From Limisphaerales bacterium (GTDB lineage Bacteria > Verrucomicrobiota > Verrucomicrobiia > Limisphaerales > JAJOIW01), in assembly GCA_965657355.1 (NCBI GenBank), contig CBFHOE010000003.1, positions 1 to 64,000 on the forward strand: a DNA stretch of 64,000 nt, written 5' to 3'. The first letter of the stretch is position 1, and every line of letters starts with the position of its first letter. Shown in pieces: positions 8,058-18,074 of the stretch. A program made the translations under genes and the position numbers. Under the pieces are notes generated by a model. It was not told the origin of the DNA, searched no databases, and saw nothing but the letters and a program-made list of their open reading frames with translations.

Positions 8058-10892
8058 ATGTTGAAGTCTTTTCTCAAACAGGTTCTTCCTATGAAGAGCC
8101 GGATAAAAACAAATGAAGCCCACGCGGGCACTAGATTGTTTCATTTTATCGCGCCCCTGCTAGGTCTTTGTTTGTTTCCATCCCTATCATATGGTGTCGA
8201 TGTGGATGCCAAAATTGATCCTTCGGATGAATTTATTAAATCGCTGACAGATAAAGGAGACTCGAATGTTCCGTTCAAATTGATGTCTTCTTCTGAAAAT
8301 TCAAATGTTCCAGTGCGGCTCAATGATGATTCGCAACAGCCAACCAAGAAATTCTTATACATAAGAACCGATTTTTCAGATTTCGCAGGAAGCCCATTGA
8401 CAGGCCCACACCTCAACGCCTTGGTCAATGGAACCATGTCAACGTGGATTCAGGATTTTTCCGGTGGGCGTGAAATTATTCAGGGTGATGTCATGGCTGA
8501 TGTTTTACGAGCCCCTAAAACTTTAAGACATTATCAAGAAGGCGATTTTACTGCCGAGCTTATTCAGGACGCCATCACGTTAGCTGCAGCTCGTGGAGCC
8601 AATTTAGCAGAGTATGATGCGCATATAGTCTGTATCACGAACGTGATGATGCCTGATTCTGATTGGAATTGGGCTGGTCTGGCTGGAAATAAATCTCAAA
8701 TAATTCGCGAATATGATCCGCATGTTTTAGTCCATGAATCGATCCATAATTTTGGCCCTGGTCACTCGTCAGCACTAGAAACATTTGATTCAAAAATCAT
8801 AAGTGAAGATTCTGAAATCCAGGAATATGGATCCCCTTGGGATGTGATGGGGTCTGGCAGAGAATCATTTGGTTTTCCGAACCCAATACTTCTTGAACAG
8901 GCTGGTTGGATCGAACCAGAAGAAGTTCTCATTCCGGCAGATGACGGGATCTTTCGATTGTATCCATTTGATGACACATCCAACACATCACCTCGTGCCT
9001 TGAAGGTTAATACTTCGGGCTTGCCCATTTGGGTGGGGTTTAGATCCCTGGCCGTTGACGATTTATACCTAAATCGAGGTCCATTATTATATCAGCAGCC
9101 CAACGAAAATAGATCTTTGTTGCTAGATACTCGACCTGGCTCTATCGAGGGATTTAACGATGCCCCCTTGGATCTCGGAAGAACATTCAGTGATCCTGAT
9201 GAAATTTTTTGGATCACTCCAGTGGCTACTGGAACAGAAGAAATAAGTAATAAAAAGTTCTATGATATCGCACTTCGATATAAAAGAGATCAAGAATTAC
9301 CTGCTCCCCCGGCTGTGGAAATTATCGCTCCGCAAAAAGTAAAAGCCCGGTCAACAACTCCATTATCTGTGGAAATAGAGAACAGTGACCCAGATTTTGG
9401 TGTTGTTCGTTGGATTTTTGATGATGAAATAACCAGCAGAACAGGTTTTGACGTTAGTAAGGCATGGTTGTCTAGTGGAAACTACACCGTAGCTACCGAG
9501 GCCAATGGTTTATACGGTAACATCTCCACCAACTATTATAATATTGAGGTAGAAGATTTTCTGGATGCTTTCCAGACCGTCGATATTAAATCCGATCGAA
9601 CTTCGATGGATGTGGAATATGGAAAAGGCCTATTTGTCGTCGCGGGAGAACGGCTCAGATATTCCTTTGATGGTATAGAATTTAATGAAGTTTTTTCTGG
9701 TGGTTTTTTTCCCGACGTTGATTTTGATGGTGAAACATTCGTCGCTGGAGGTCAGCTATACGACTTCGACGTAGACAAATGGGGCTATGGTGTCATGACA
9801 TCAAATGACGGGCTTAATTGGGAGAGGATTTTTCTTGGAGATGAGCGGTTGGATACTTCGGCTGAAAGGATTTCCCAAATAGAAAAAATCAACAATACAT
9901 GGGTGGGTATCACCTTTTCTGGTCAGGTATGGAAAAGTGAGGATGCTGTGAATTGGGTGTTAGCTGGAAATATGTCGCCCTTATTCCGGGTCGAGCAGCT
10001 GGCAAGCGGCTTTGGAAAATTATGGGCAGTAACCACAAGCGGGCTTCTTGGCAAATCTGAAGATGGCCTGGTCTGGGAAATTGTTGTGAATGATCCCGAT
10101 TATTCTTTTACATCCATTGCTGCTGGGGGCGATAAAATTATTGCAATTGGTGCTGATAACGCTCTGCTTTCCGAGGACCAAGGGGAATCATTTGAAAGAA
10201 TTATCCCGCTCGGTGCGGACAAACCAGGTGAGCTACGCGGTGTCGGTCTGGTGAGATTCCTAGATGGGTTGTTTGTAGGAATACATAGTGATTTCGGGGT
10301 GGGGACCTCTAATTTTAGTTATATTGCCTCTGCTGATGGTCGAATTTGGGATTTTGTTGGAGCAAAGCTTGACTCAAGGATTAGAGGATTTGCTCCCTCT
10401 GATTTTGGTTATTTATCCGTTGGTGATTCTGGGGCGGCCTTCTTTTCAAGTAAATTACCAGAGGAAGAACCTTACAATTTCAACAACTGGGTTCTGTCAT
10501 ACTATGAAGATGAGGAGGACCCTGCCATAATATCACTTTCTGCCGATCCTGACCTGGATGGGGTATCGAATTTATCGGAATATATCCATGGTTCTGATCC
10601 ATCGGATAGCTTATCGCTCCCATCGTTGACCCAAACCTTGTCACAAGACAACAATGGACTAGTTTTTGAATACCCGATTAACTCGCAAGTTTCCGATGCA
10701 GAATTGAGGATAGAAATTTCCAATGATCTAAAATCTTGGGCAGAACCCTTAGAGTCCGAAGTGACTGTATCTGAGGAATTTCCTCAAGATGACATCGAGT
10801 CTGAAATAAAAAACGTCACATACAGTGTATCCAGAGAAAACCCATCGTCTTGGTTTATTAGATTCACCTATCAAACCATAGAGTCTCAATAA
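8058..10892 (+). CDS. Large secreted zinc metalloprotease (M6/M11-like) with PKD-like domain, beta-propeller-like repeats, Ca-binding motif and C-terminal domain
   Basis: Signal peptide; HESIHNFGPGH (HExxHxxGxxH) and EYGSPWDVMG Met-turn; repeated SxDGxxW boxes; DPDLDGVSNLSEY..GSDP. The real start may be the ATG at 8091. Confidence 0.8.
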   Translation: MLKSFLKQVLPMKSRIKTNEAHAGTRLFHFIAPLLGLCLFPSLSYGVDVDAKIDPSDEFIKSLTDKGDSNVPFKLMSSSENSNVPVRLNDDSQQPTKKFLYIRTDFSDFAGSPLTGPHLNALVNGTMSTWIQDFSGGREIIQGDVMADVLRAPKTLRHYQEGDFTAELIQDAITLAAARGANLAEYDAHIVCITNVMMPDSDWNWAGLAGNKSQIIREYDPHVLVHESIHNFGPGHSSALETFDSKIISEDSEIQEYGSPWDVMGSGRESFGFPNPILLEQAGWIEPEEVLIPADDGIFRLYPFDDTSNTSPRALKVNTSGLPIWVGFRSLAVDDLYLNRGPLLYQQPNENRSLLLDTRPGSIEGFNDAPLDLGRTFSDPDEIFWITPVATGTEEISNKKFYDIALRYKRDQELPAPPAVEIIAPQKVKARSTTPLSVEIENSDPDFGVVRWIFDDEITSRTGFDVSKAWLSSGNYTVATEANGLYGNISTNYYNIEVEDFLDAFQTVDIKSDRTSMDVEYGKGLFVVAGERLRYSFDGIEFNEVFSGGFFPDVDFDGETFVAGGQLYDFDVDKWGYGVMTSNDGLNWERIFLGDERLDTSAERISQIEKINNTWVGITFSGQVWKSEDAVNWVLAGNMSPLFRVEQLASGFGKLWAVTTSGLLGKSEDGLVWEIVVNDPDYSFTSIAAGGDKIIAIGADNALLSEDQGESFERIIPLGADKPGELRGVGLVRFLDGLFVGIHSDFGVGTSNFSYIASADGRIWDFVGAKLDSRIRGFAPSDFGYLSVGDSGAAFFSSKLPEEEPYNFNNWVLSYYEDEEDPAIISLSADPDLDGVSNLSEYIHGSDPSDSLSLPSLTQTLSQDNNGLVFEYPINSQVSDAELRIEISNDLKSWAEPLESEVTVSEEFPQDDIESEIKNVTYSVSRENPSSWFIRFTYQTIESQ

Positions 10893-10922
10893 ATCATAAA
10901 TCGAACTATTTCATTCCTATTA

Positions 10923-10961
10923 AACAAAAAGCACTGACCTTGATGGTCAGTGCTTTTTGTT
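10923..10961. terminator. Bidirectional intrinsic terminator between convergent genes
   Basis: Perfect 17-bp inverted repeat AACAAAAAGCACTGACC / GGTCAGTGCTTTTTGTT with a 5-nt loop and A/T tails on both sides. Confidence 0.9.
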
Positions 10962-10978
10962 CAATGAATAAAATTGAT

Positions 10979-11413
10979 TTAGTGGCAGCCGCATGATGGG
11001 CCACACGAGCCTGATTCAAAATCGCTATCCTCTGGTAGCCGGCCAAGTTCAAATGTTTTGGCCACATATTGACTGACTGTTTCCTGAACGCCGTGAATTT
11101 CTCTTTGCACTTTCAGGAAATTATTTGCCACTTCATTTTGCAGGAGTTGATCTCTTGCAGATTCGTAATTGTCGATTTCGTCTTGGCTAAGTTGTTCTCC
11201 TTTGCCTTGTTTCTTGTCGAGCTGGTCTCCAAGCTGGATGACATTTTCATAAGCACTGCGCGCAGGTTCATCATCCATGAAGGACTGGATAGTTTGCTGC
11301 ATGTTTACAAAGTTCGGGTGTTCGAGGATTATTTTGCATAATTCTCGGGTTTGATTAACGATTGTGTCTTCGGGGGTTACAACTGCCATTACATCTAAAA
11401 AATACATGTACAA
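10979..11413 (-). CDS. YlbF/YmcA (RicF/RicA-like) family protein with Cys-rich tail
   Basis: Helical ~140 aa protein (ELCKIILEHP..QQTIQSFMDD..NEVANNFLKVQ) ending GSCGPSCGCH. Likely start at the internal Met (MAVVT, 11389). Confidence 0.75.
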   Translation of the reverse strand: MYMYFLDVMAVVTPEDTIVNQTRELCKIILEHPNFVNMQQTIQSFMDDEPARSAYENVIQLGDQLDKKQGKGEQLSQDEIDNYESARDQLLQNEVANNFLKVQREIHGVQETVSQYVAKTFELGRLPEDSDFESGSCGPSCGCH

Positions 11414-11447
11414 TCTCGCATATCAACCATTGAATGATGAGGCAAAA

Positions 11448-12752
11448 TCAATTTTCATGCTTATCGGATGTTCTCCATAGCGAAAAAGCAGCCGAAACCA
11501 AAAGAAGACAGCTAAAAAAACCTATCATTGTTATCACTAAAGAAAGGGAGTCAGGCGTCCAATACATCAGTGTAACTCCATAGGACATGGTGACCGAAAT
11601 CAATAACCACAAATGAGAATAGTCCTTTTTTGCTATGAGATTGTTAATCAGTACATTAGCGAGACAAAGCGGAGTCATTGCCAATGCGAAACTAGGGGCC
11701 AATTGTGATATATACTCAAGCTTACCTAATTGTTCCTGATTAAGCTGGCTAAGAATCTGCGAGCCCAAACTAATGTCACCGGAAATAGATTTTTCAATAA
11801 TTATGGCAACAAGCCATATTCCCAAGCAGGCGAGCAATGCCAATGCTCCAGTAGATACGAAACTAAGCCATACGACTTTATTTGCCCCATCTCTACTCGA
11901 ACTTAGCTTAACTACTTTGGGAAACATCACCTGGGCGATTGGAATGGTGAATATCACAAGTCCACGTCCGCACAGACCCGCCGCCCCATAATACCCAGAC
12001 ATGGCTTCTTCGAATTTCATTCTTACAACGATCATGTCATAGCCCAGGAAAAATGTGCTTGAGCCGAGTCCCAGCGTGAGAGGGATGATTTTTTTTAGCC
12101 ATTTTCCCCAATCAAATGATATGTTTTGCTTTCTTCCAGAATTGGGAATTTTCCAAAAACAAATGGCTACCGCAAACGCGAATCCCGCTAAAGCAGATGC
12201 CACGGCACCACTGACACCAAAACCTAAAATTCCCACAAGAACGATTGCGGCTAAAAGCCTCATCATTCCATTTGAAATAATCGCATTTCCCAACCACAGA
12301 AATTGCTCCCTACCTTGAAGAATGCCCAACCATACAGGGAGGCATAATTGAGGTAAAGCTGCTCCCAAAGTCAACCAAAGTGGCAAAGCTATATTAGATT
12401 TCAGCTTATGCATCCAGTAGTCTTGGCTAACAAAGAGATAGATGGCTGCTAGACCCCATAATATTAAAAGAGCAAATAATACATGTCGGGCAGCGACAAT
12501 CGTTTGGTAATTATCTTCTTCTTTTAATGCACCTGCAGCTTGTTGTGCGAATACTGTTTGAAGCCCAAGCGCTGGAATCATAGCCAAATTCAAAGTTTGA
12601 AAAAGGGTGTTCATCAATCCATATTCTTGGGGCCTCAGCCATTCTATAGCCACAACTTGGACCAAAAACATCCCAACGCCACCTGCCATAGTAGCCAAAA
12701 TTAACCATCCGCTCGCTTTAAAAAATGATAATTGAGTTTTGAGATTTTTCAT
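11448..12752 (-). CDS. Oligosaccharide flippase (Wzx/MOP superfamily)
   Basis: About 12 TM segments; LRPQEYG, GILQGREQF, SGYYGAA and MFPKV patterns. Confidence 0.75.
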   Translation of the reverse strand: MKNLKTQLSFFKASGWLILATMAGGVGMFLVQVVAIEWLRPQEYGLMNTLFQTLNLAMIPALGLQTVFAQQAAGALKEEDNYQTIVAARHVLFALLILWGLAAIYLFVSQDYWMHKLKSNIALPLWLTLGAALPQLCLPVWLGILQGREQFLWLGNAIISNGMMRLLAAIVLVGILGFGVSGAVASALAGFAFAVAICFWKIPNSGRKQNISFDWGKWLKKIIPLTLGLGSSTFFLGYDMIVVRMKFEEAMSGYYGAAGLCGRGLVIFTIPIAQVMFPKVVKLSSSRDGANKVVWLSFVSTGALALLACLGIWLVAIIIEKSISGDISLGSQILSQLNQEQLGKLEYISQLAPSFALAMTPLCLANVLINNLIAKKDYSHLWLLISVTMSYGVTLMYWTPDSLSLVITMIGFFSCLLLVSAAFSLWRTSDKHEN

Positions 12753-13897
12753 GGAAGCTTGGAAAAATATCTCACTATTATTTCGTATGCTTCATTAAGG
12801 GAATCAATGTCTATCCACTCATCGTCGGTATGTGCTTGGGAAATATCGCCCGGACCGAAAACGATACAAGGCGAACCACTTTTTTGGATGATGGCTGCAT
12901 CACAAAAGTAGCTCACACCTTGTGGCCTAGAATCTTTTGTTAGACCTAAAAACTCTTTGATGTGAGGCTCGTTCGGGTCCGACTCCATCGGTGGACAATC
13001 AACATTTTTAGAATCAAACCATTGAAGTTTAATACTTAGCGAATGAGCAATATTATTTAATTCTTCCATGAATGATTCTTCAGATTCACCAGGAAGAGTT
13101 CTTCTATCCACCTCAATGCTGCATTCATTTGGAACAATATTATTCTGATACCCCCCGCTGATCATTCCAATATTTAAGGTGGGGCTGCCCAATAACTCGT
13201 GTTGTTTGGTTTTTAACCTCGGTAAATATTCTTCCTGTACGAGATTTATAAATTTTGCCATTTTAGATATCGCATTGTCACCTAAATCTGGTTTTGCTCC
13301 ATGAGCCGATCGCCCACTTACTGAAATTTTGTGCCAAAAATTTCCTTTATGTGCCGTAATTCCACGGCAAGATGTCGGTTCCCCAATAATGGCAAGATCG
13401 ACCTTGCCTATATGGTCAACGGCGGCGCGTGAACCAAGTTGTTTGTTTTCCTCATCCACGAGGGCTGCAAAAATAATTTCAGTTGATTTTGGTCGATCTG
13501 ACATTTTTGACATTTCAATGAGTGCCATAAGCATCGCCGCAATGCTACCTTTGGTATCACAGGCCCCTCTACCATGAAGTCTATTTTCGTTTATAAAGGG
13601 TTTCGTCTGTATTTCTTTGTCCAAAGAAACGGTATCCATATGGGGCGCCAATAAAATACGTTTGCTCGGGGAAATTCGACTCGGGGAATACCTCACGATC
13701 AAATTATCTCGCCCAGGTTGAACTTCTTGTCGCTCCACAGATAATCCCGCTTTTTTCGCTAATGATTCAAGATATTCAGAGACCTTTTTCTCCCCAAAAT
13801 CGCTCTCAGATCGAGCTTTAAATGCTGGATTTACGCTTGGTATGGAAATGAGATCTGAAAGAACTCGCACCGGTGTTGAAAACTTATTCTCACTCAC
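12749..13897 (-). CDS. M20 family metallopeptidase (ArgE/DapE-like deacylase)
   Basis: HMDTV, GRGACDTKG, DEE, GEPT, GRSAHG, AHTDDE. Confidence 0.9.
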   Translation of the reverse strand: MSENKFSTPVRVLSDLISIPSVNPAFKARSESDFGEKKVSEYLESLAKKAGLSVERQEVQPGRDNLIVRYSPSRISPSKRILLAPHMDTVSLDKEIQTKPFINENRLHGRGACDTKGSIAAMLMALIEMSKMSDRPKSTEIIFAALVDEENKQLGSRAAVDHIGKVDLAIIGEPTSCRGITAHKGNFWHKISVSGRSAHGAKPDLGDNAISKMAKFINLVQEEYLPRLKTKQHELLGSPTLNIGMISGGYQNNIVPNECSIEVDRRTLPGESEESFMEELNNIAHSLSIKLQWFDSKNVDCPPMESDPNEPHIKEFLGLTKDSRPQGVSYFCDAAIIQKSGSPCIVFGPGDISQAHTDDEWIDIDSLNEAYEIIVRYFSKLP

Positions 13898-13908
13898 TGC
13901 TCAAGAAG

Positions 13909-14268
13909 TTATTCACTACCTATAAAAATGTCGAGTTGATGCGATAATAAAAAATTTTCGCGCAAAATTGTCACAAAATAAGACTTTATTACCGCAATTC
14001 ACGGGTTATTCACAGCTTTGAATAACCCGTGAATAAATCTGTAACAGGTTTAGCTTTGCAGAATCGGATTGTATAATTAATACTTAGATCATCTCAGCCG
14101 GTCGGGGATTACTTCTTCAAGCGGAGCAAAATAATCTCCTGAACTGCAACGTTCTAACCCTTCTGGGCTTTATTTACGGAACGGGTCAACAAAGCCCTTC
14201 AGCCAGGTTTTTTGACCATCTGATTAATAGACATTAAAAATGTCAATTATGTTACAAGGTGTGAATAA
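13909..14268. promoter_or_regulatory. Cluster of DnaA-like boxes upstream of dnaA (candidate oriC or dnaA autoregulatory region)
   Basis: TTATTCACT (13909), TTATTCACA (14006), TTTGAATAA (14017), CGTGAATAA (14028) and TGTGAATAA (14260) in a 423-nt AT-rich gap before dnaA. Confidence 0.7.
13997..14034. repeat. Perfect 16-bp inverted repeat built from DnaA-box-like units
   Basis: ATTCACGGGTTATTCA (13997-14012), 6-nt spacer, TGAATAACCCGTGAAT (14019-14034). Confidence 0.9.
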
Positions 14269-14320
14269 CATCTTAGCTCAACAAAGATTTTAACAAACAG
14301 GTTACGGAAATTAGAAATTA

Positions 14321-15784
14321 ATGCACGACACCCAAGAAACGCCTTGGCTTCGCACACAGCAGCGACTTCAGGGACTTTTAAATGAAGAAATTTATGGTAT
14401 GTGGTTTGCCCCAATCCGCTTGGTGGAATTTAGTGGCGATACTTTGGTTTTAGGCATTCCTAACAATTTTTTTGAGGATTGGTTGCGAGACAATTATTTT
14501 GGGCTGTTGACGGATGCTGTTGGGCAAACATTGGGTAAATTTGTCAAAATTGAATTCAAAGTCGTTGCTCCCGAAGCCAAAGAAGAGGGATCTGATGCCT
14601 CCAATCCTGAAAGAGAGCAACAATTCAATTTCAACCAAAGGCAAATTAAGTTTGATGGTAGTTGCGAAAATCCCACTCAAAATATTGGAAAAACTGAGGG
14701 ATTTCGTTCAAAAACAGGGAGTATTTCCCCGGAAGCATCGCATTCTACCAGTAAAAATCTACCGGCTAGTTTTAATCCGCACTATACTTTTGAAAATTTT
14801 GTCGTTGGTGAAAACAATGCTCATGCTCATGCGGCATCGAAAGCTGTTGCTCAAACTCCGGGCCAATCATTTAATCCGCTTTTTTTATATGGTGGAGTTG
14901 GTTTGGGCAAAACTCATTTGCTGCAGGCAGTTGGTCAGGAAGTATTCCTAAGTAATCAGAAAGCGAGAGTCGCCTACGTTTCTTGCGAAGTCTTTACAAA
15001 TGAATACATAAGCGCGCTTCAGAATAACAATCTTCCAAAATTTAGAAAAAAGTATCGCCAGCCCGATTTGCTACTCATTGATGATATTCAGTTTCTTCAA
15101 GGTAAGGAAAGGATCCAAGAAGAATTCTTTCATACTTTCAACTCACTACATGAGTGCAGGAAACAGATTGTTTTGACCTCAGACCGGCCACCTAACGAAT
15201 TAAAGGGTCTAGAGCAAAGGCTGATCAGTCGATTTGAGTGGGGGCTAACCGTCGACGTTCAACCACCTGATGTGGAAACGAGATTAGCTATCCTGAAAAA
15301 TAAAGCTAAAAGCCACGACAAGCAGGTTCCTGAAGAAATTTTCCTCTTCCTTGCTGAGAGGATAAAGACAAACATCCGGAGACTTGAGGGGGCATTGGTC
15401 CGACTTGTTTCCTTGGCGAGCCTTACTGGAAAGCCATTAACAGTCCACACAGCAGAAAAGGTTCTTAGTGAAATTCTACAGGAAGAACAGAACCTAACAA
15501 CCAACTCTAAATCTATCCAAAAAATTGTCGCCAACCATTACGGCATAAAAATTGAGGATATGAAGAGCAAAAGACGCCCTGAAAATATCGCCTTCCCGAG
15601 ACAGATCGCCATGCATCTTTGTCGAGAACTTACGGAGCTTTCATTAAACGCGATTGGTGAGGAATTCGGCGGTAGAGATCATGGCACTGTTTTGCATGCC
15701 CACCGACTCGTTAAAGACAGGATGGAAATAGATCCTAAAATACGTGAGACCGTTAATTATCTCATGAAAGTCATTAACCGATAG
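14321..15784 (+). CDS. dnaA: Chromosomal replication initiator DnaA
   Basis: YTFENFVVG, Walker [38 protein letters not shown], domain [18 protein letters not shown]. Confidence 0.97.
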   Translation: MHDTQETPWLRTQQRLQGLLNEEIYGMWFAPIRLVEFSGDTLVLGIPNNFFEDWLRDNYFGLLTDAVGQTLGKFVKIEFKVVAPEAKEEGSDASNPEREQQFNFNQRQIKFDGSCENPTQNIGKTEGFRSKTGSISPEASHSTSKNLPASFNPHYTFENFVVGENNAHAHAASKAVAQTPGQSFNPLFLYGGVGLGKTHLLQAVGQEVFLSNQKARVAYVSCEVFTNEYISALQNNNLPKFRKKYRQPDLLLIDDIQFLQGKERIQEEFFHTFNSLHECRKQIVLTSDRPPNELKGLEQRLISRFEWGLTVDVQPPDVETRLAILKNKAKSHDKQVPEEIFLFLAERIKTNIRRLEGALVRLVSLASLTGKPLTVHTAEKVLSEILQEEQNLTTNSKSIQKIVANHYGIKIEDMKSKRRPENIAFPRQIAMHLCRELTELSLNAIGEEFGGRDHGTVLHAHRLVKDRMEIDPKIRETVNYLMKVINR

Positions 15785-16578
15785 TGAAGCCCTACCTCGA
15801 CCTCTTAGAAAAAGTTCTCCACAAAGGTTCGATCAGAGAAGACCGAACTGGAACCGGTACTAGGAGTTTGTTTGGTGGGCAAGTTAGATACGACTTACAG
15901 GAAGGCTTCCCTCTAGTCACAACTAAGAAAGTCCACCTCAAATCAGTAATCTACGAGCTCCTCTGGTTCCTCAAAGGAGATACAAATGTAAAGTGGCTTC
16001 AGGATCATGGTGTCTCTATTTGGAATGAATGGGCCGAAGAAAACGGTGACTTAGGACCAGTTTATGGAAAACAGTGGACGGCGTGGGAAACTGATTCGGG
16101 ACCTCCTGTCAATCAAATCGATCAGGTCATTGAAGAGATAAATTCGAATCCCCAAAGCAGGAGGCTTATAGTGAGTGCTTGGAATGTTTCCGAAATACCT
16201 AAAATGGCCTTGCCTCCATGCCATACCCTCTTCCAGTTTTATGTTCAGGAGGGAAAACTAAGCTGCCAACTCTACCAGCGTAGCGCCGATCTTTTCCTTG
16301 GAGTTCCTTTCAACATTGCCAGTTACTCATTATTAACAATGATGATTGCTCAAGTGTGTCGACTCCAGCCTGGTGATTTTATACATACTTTTGGAGACCT
16401 TCACATATATTCAAACCATATCGAGCAAGTAAAAACTCAACTTTCCAGGAAACCTCGCCCACTTCCTGTAATGAAAATTAACCCATTAAGATCTTCCATC
16501 CACGACTTTGTTTTTGAAGATTTCGAATTACTTGACTACAACCCGCACCCTGCCATAAAAGCCCCTGTAGCTGTTTAA
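15784..16578 (+). CDS. thyA: Thymidylate synthase
   Basis: DRTGTGT, MALPPCH (catalytic Cys), [13 protein letters not shown]. The GTG start overlaps the dnaA TAG by 1 nt. Confidence 0.97.
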   Translation: MKPYLDLLEKVLHKGSIREDRTGTGTRSLFGGQVRYDLQEGFPLVTTKKVHLKSVIYELLWFLKGDTNVKWLQDHGVSIWNEWAEENGDLGPVYGKQWTAWETDSGPPVNQIDQVIEEINSNPQSRRLIVSAWNVSEIPKMALPPCHTLFQFYVQEGKLSCQLYQRSADLFLGVPFNIASYSLLTMMIAQVCRLQPGDFIHTFGDLHIYSNHIEQVKTQLSRKPRPLPVMKINPLRSSIHDFVFEDFELLDYNPHPAIKAPVAV

Positions 16579-16592
16579 TTTTTTTTAAAGAG

Positions 16593-17078
16593 ATGGACTT
16601 GCCCAAATTCCCATTTCACGCGATTGCAGCAATGTCCGAGAATCGTGTCATAGGTGTAAACAATACTATACCCTGGCACATACCGGAAGATTTCAAATGG
16701 TTTAAAAAGATGACCCTTGGCAAAACCATTATCATGGGGCGAAAAACCTTTGAGAGCATAGGCAAACCCCTTCCTGGTCGCACGACTTGGGTTTTATCTC
16801 GCTCCGACATATCAATACCTGAAGTTGAAGTTTTTGGAAGTTTAGATCAGGTCCTTAATAATCTACACCGTGCTGGTAAAATGCCACCCGTCATTTGTGG
16901 AGGTGGTGAGCTATATAACCAAACGCTTCCTCTCTGTTCGGACCTTTATCTGACAATCGTTAAACGAACCGTCGAAGGGGATTCTTTCTTTCCAGAGTTT
17001 AATGATTTATTCCAATCCTCCGAAATAATTTACGATTGTCATGATTACCGGATTGCCCATTATCACAAAAATAGTTAG
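16593..17078 (+). CDS. folA: Dihydrofolate reductase
   Basis: NRVIG, IPWHIPED, IMGRKTFESIGKPLPGR, GGGELY, GDSFFP. Confidence 0.96.
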   Translation: MDLPKFPFHAIAAMSENRVIGVNNTIPWHIPEDFKWFKKMTLGKTIIMGRKTFESIGKPLPGRTTWVLSRSDISIPEVEVFGSLDQVLNNLHRAGKMPPVICGGGELYNQTLPLCSDLYLTIVKRTVEGDSFFPEFNDLFQSSEIIYDCHDYRIAHYHKNS

Positions 17079-17160
17079 TATCCATCTTCATTTGGATTTT
17101 TGATCAGTTTCGGTTTGACCAGCAGACAAATTGGTAGGAACGTATTTCTACCCGCAAATT

Positions 17161-17958
17161 ATGGAAATTTCAGCTCAAAGCGACCATCTTTATTGCTTTG
17201 GGGTGGGAGATGGCTGGCCTAATAAGGAGCGCAATCACTCGTCGTTCCTCTTTAGTCTGAATGGTGGAACAATCCTTTTTGATTGTGGAGAACCTCTTAG
17301 TCGTACCTACCTCAACTCCGGGTATTCCTATGATAGTTTTGATGCAATCGTTCTCTCGCATTTCCACGGTGATCATTTCGGAGGGTTCCTAATGTTTCTT
17401 CAAGGATTGTGGCTTCGTAAAAGGAAGAGAGATCTGACCGTTTACATGCCTAAAGATGGAGTCGAAGTCGTTGAGAAGCTGATCCAATTGGCATGCCTTT
17501 TTAAAGAGCTCATGCCTTTCAAATTGGAATTCAAATCTATTGAAGACCTTCGGCTGTTTGAGATCGGAGATAATTTGATAATGCCCTCAAGAACGACCCA
17601 TCTTGATTCGTTTAAGAATCAGTTTCAAAATAAATACCCGCTGAGTTACGATTGCTTTGCATTTGGTATCGAATCAAATTCCAGGTATATCCTGCACAGC
17701 GCTGATATTGGGCATCCATCGGATTTAGCTCCTTTGATGAATAGGCCCATTGACCTTTTTGTTTGTGAAATAGCCCACTTCAATCCTGTTGAATTGTTCG
17801 AAGCTATCAAAGGAAAAGACATCAAAAAACTTTTACTCATTCATCTGCCCAATTTCCTTTGGGAAAATCAAAATGAAATTCAATCTTTAGCGAAAAAGAT
17901 AGTGCCAGATCTAAATTTTGAAATTGCTGAGGAAAATAAAGTTTACCCCATAAATTAA
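17161..17958 (+). CDS. MBL-fold metallo-hydrolase, RNase Z/BN-like
   Basis: LFDCGE, SHFHGDHFGG (HxHxDH), SAD, CE..H, LIH. The ATG at 17161 is preferred over the TTG at 17131. Confidence 0.8.
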   Translation: MEISAQSDHLYCFGVGDGWPNKERNHSSFLFSLNGGTILFDCGEPLSRTYLNSGYSYDSFDAIVLSHFHGDHFGGFLMFLQGLWLRKRKRDLTVYMPKDGVEVVEKLIQLACLFKELMPFKLEFKSIEDLRLFEIGDNLIMPSRTTHLDSFKNQFQNKYPLSYDCFAFGIESNSRYILHSADIGHPSDLAPLMNRPIDLFVCEIAHFNPVELFEAIKGKDIKKLLLIHLPNFLWENQNEIQSLAKKIVPDLNFEIAEENKVYPIN

Positions 17959-18019
17959 TTTGGTGAGCACTGAATACCAAGGTATGGCGGCATAGGAGCC
18001 AATTTCATGTGATCTCAAT

Positions 18020-18045
18020 AAAAATGGCCGACACGTGGCCGGCCA
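18020..18045 (-). terminator. Intrinsic terminator after secG
   Basis: Minus strand reads TGGCCGGC-CACGT-GTCGGCCA-TTTTT. Confidence 0.75.
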
Positions 18046-18074
18046 ATTCCAATTTTATGATATTTAAAATGTTA

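Noticed and set aside
17959..18074. Possible tRNA-Leu downstream of secG, a common arrangement
   Set aside because: No cloverleaf or T-loop GTTCRA motif; only a terminator hairpin is present.
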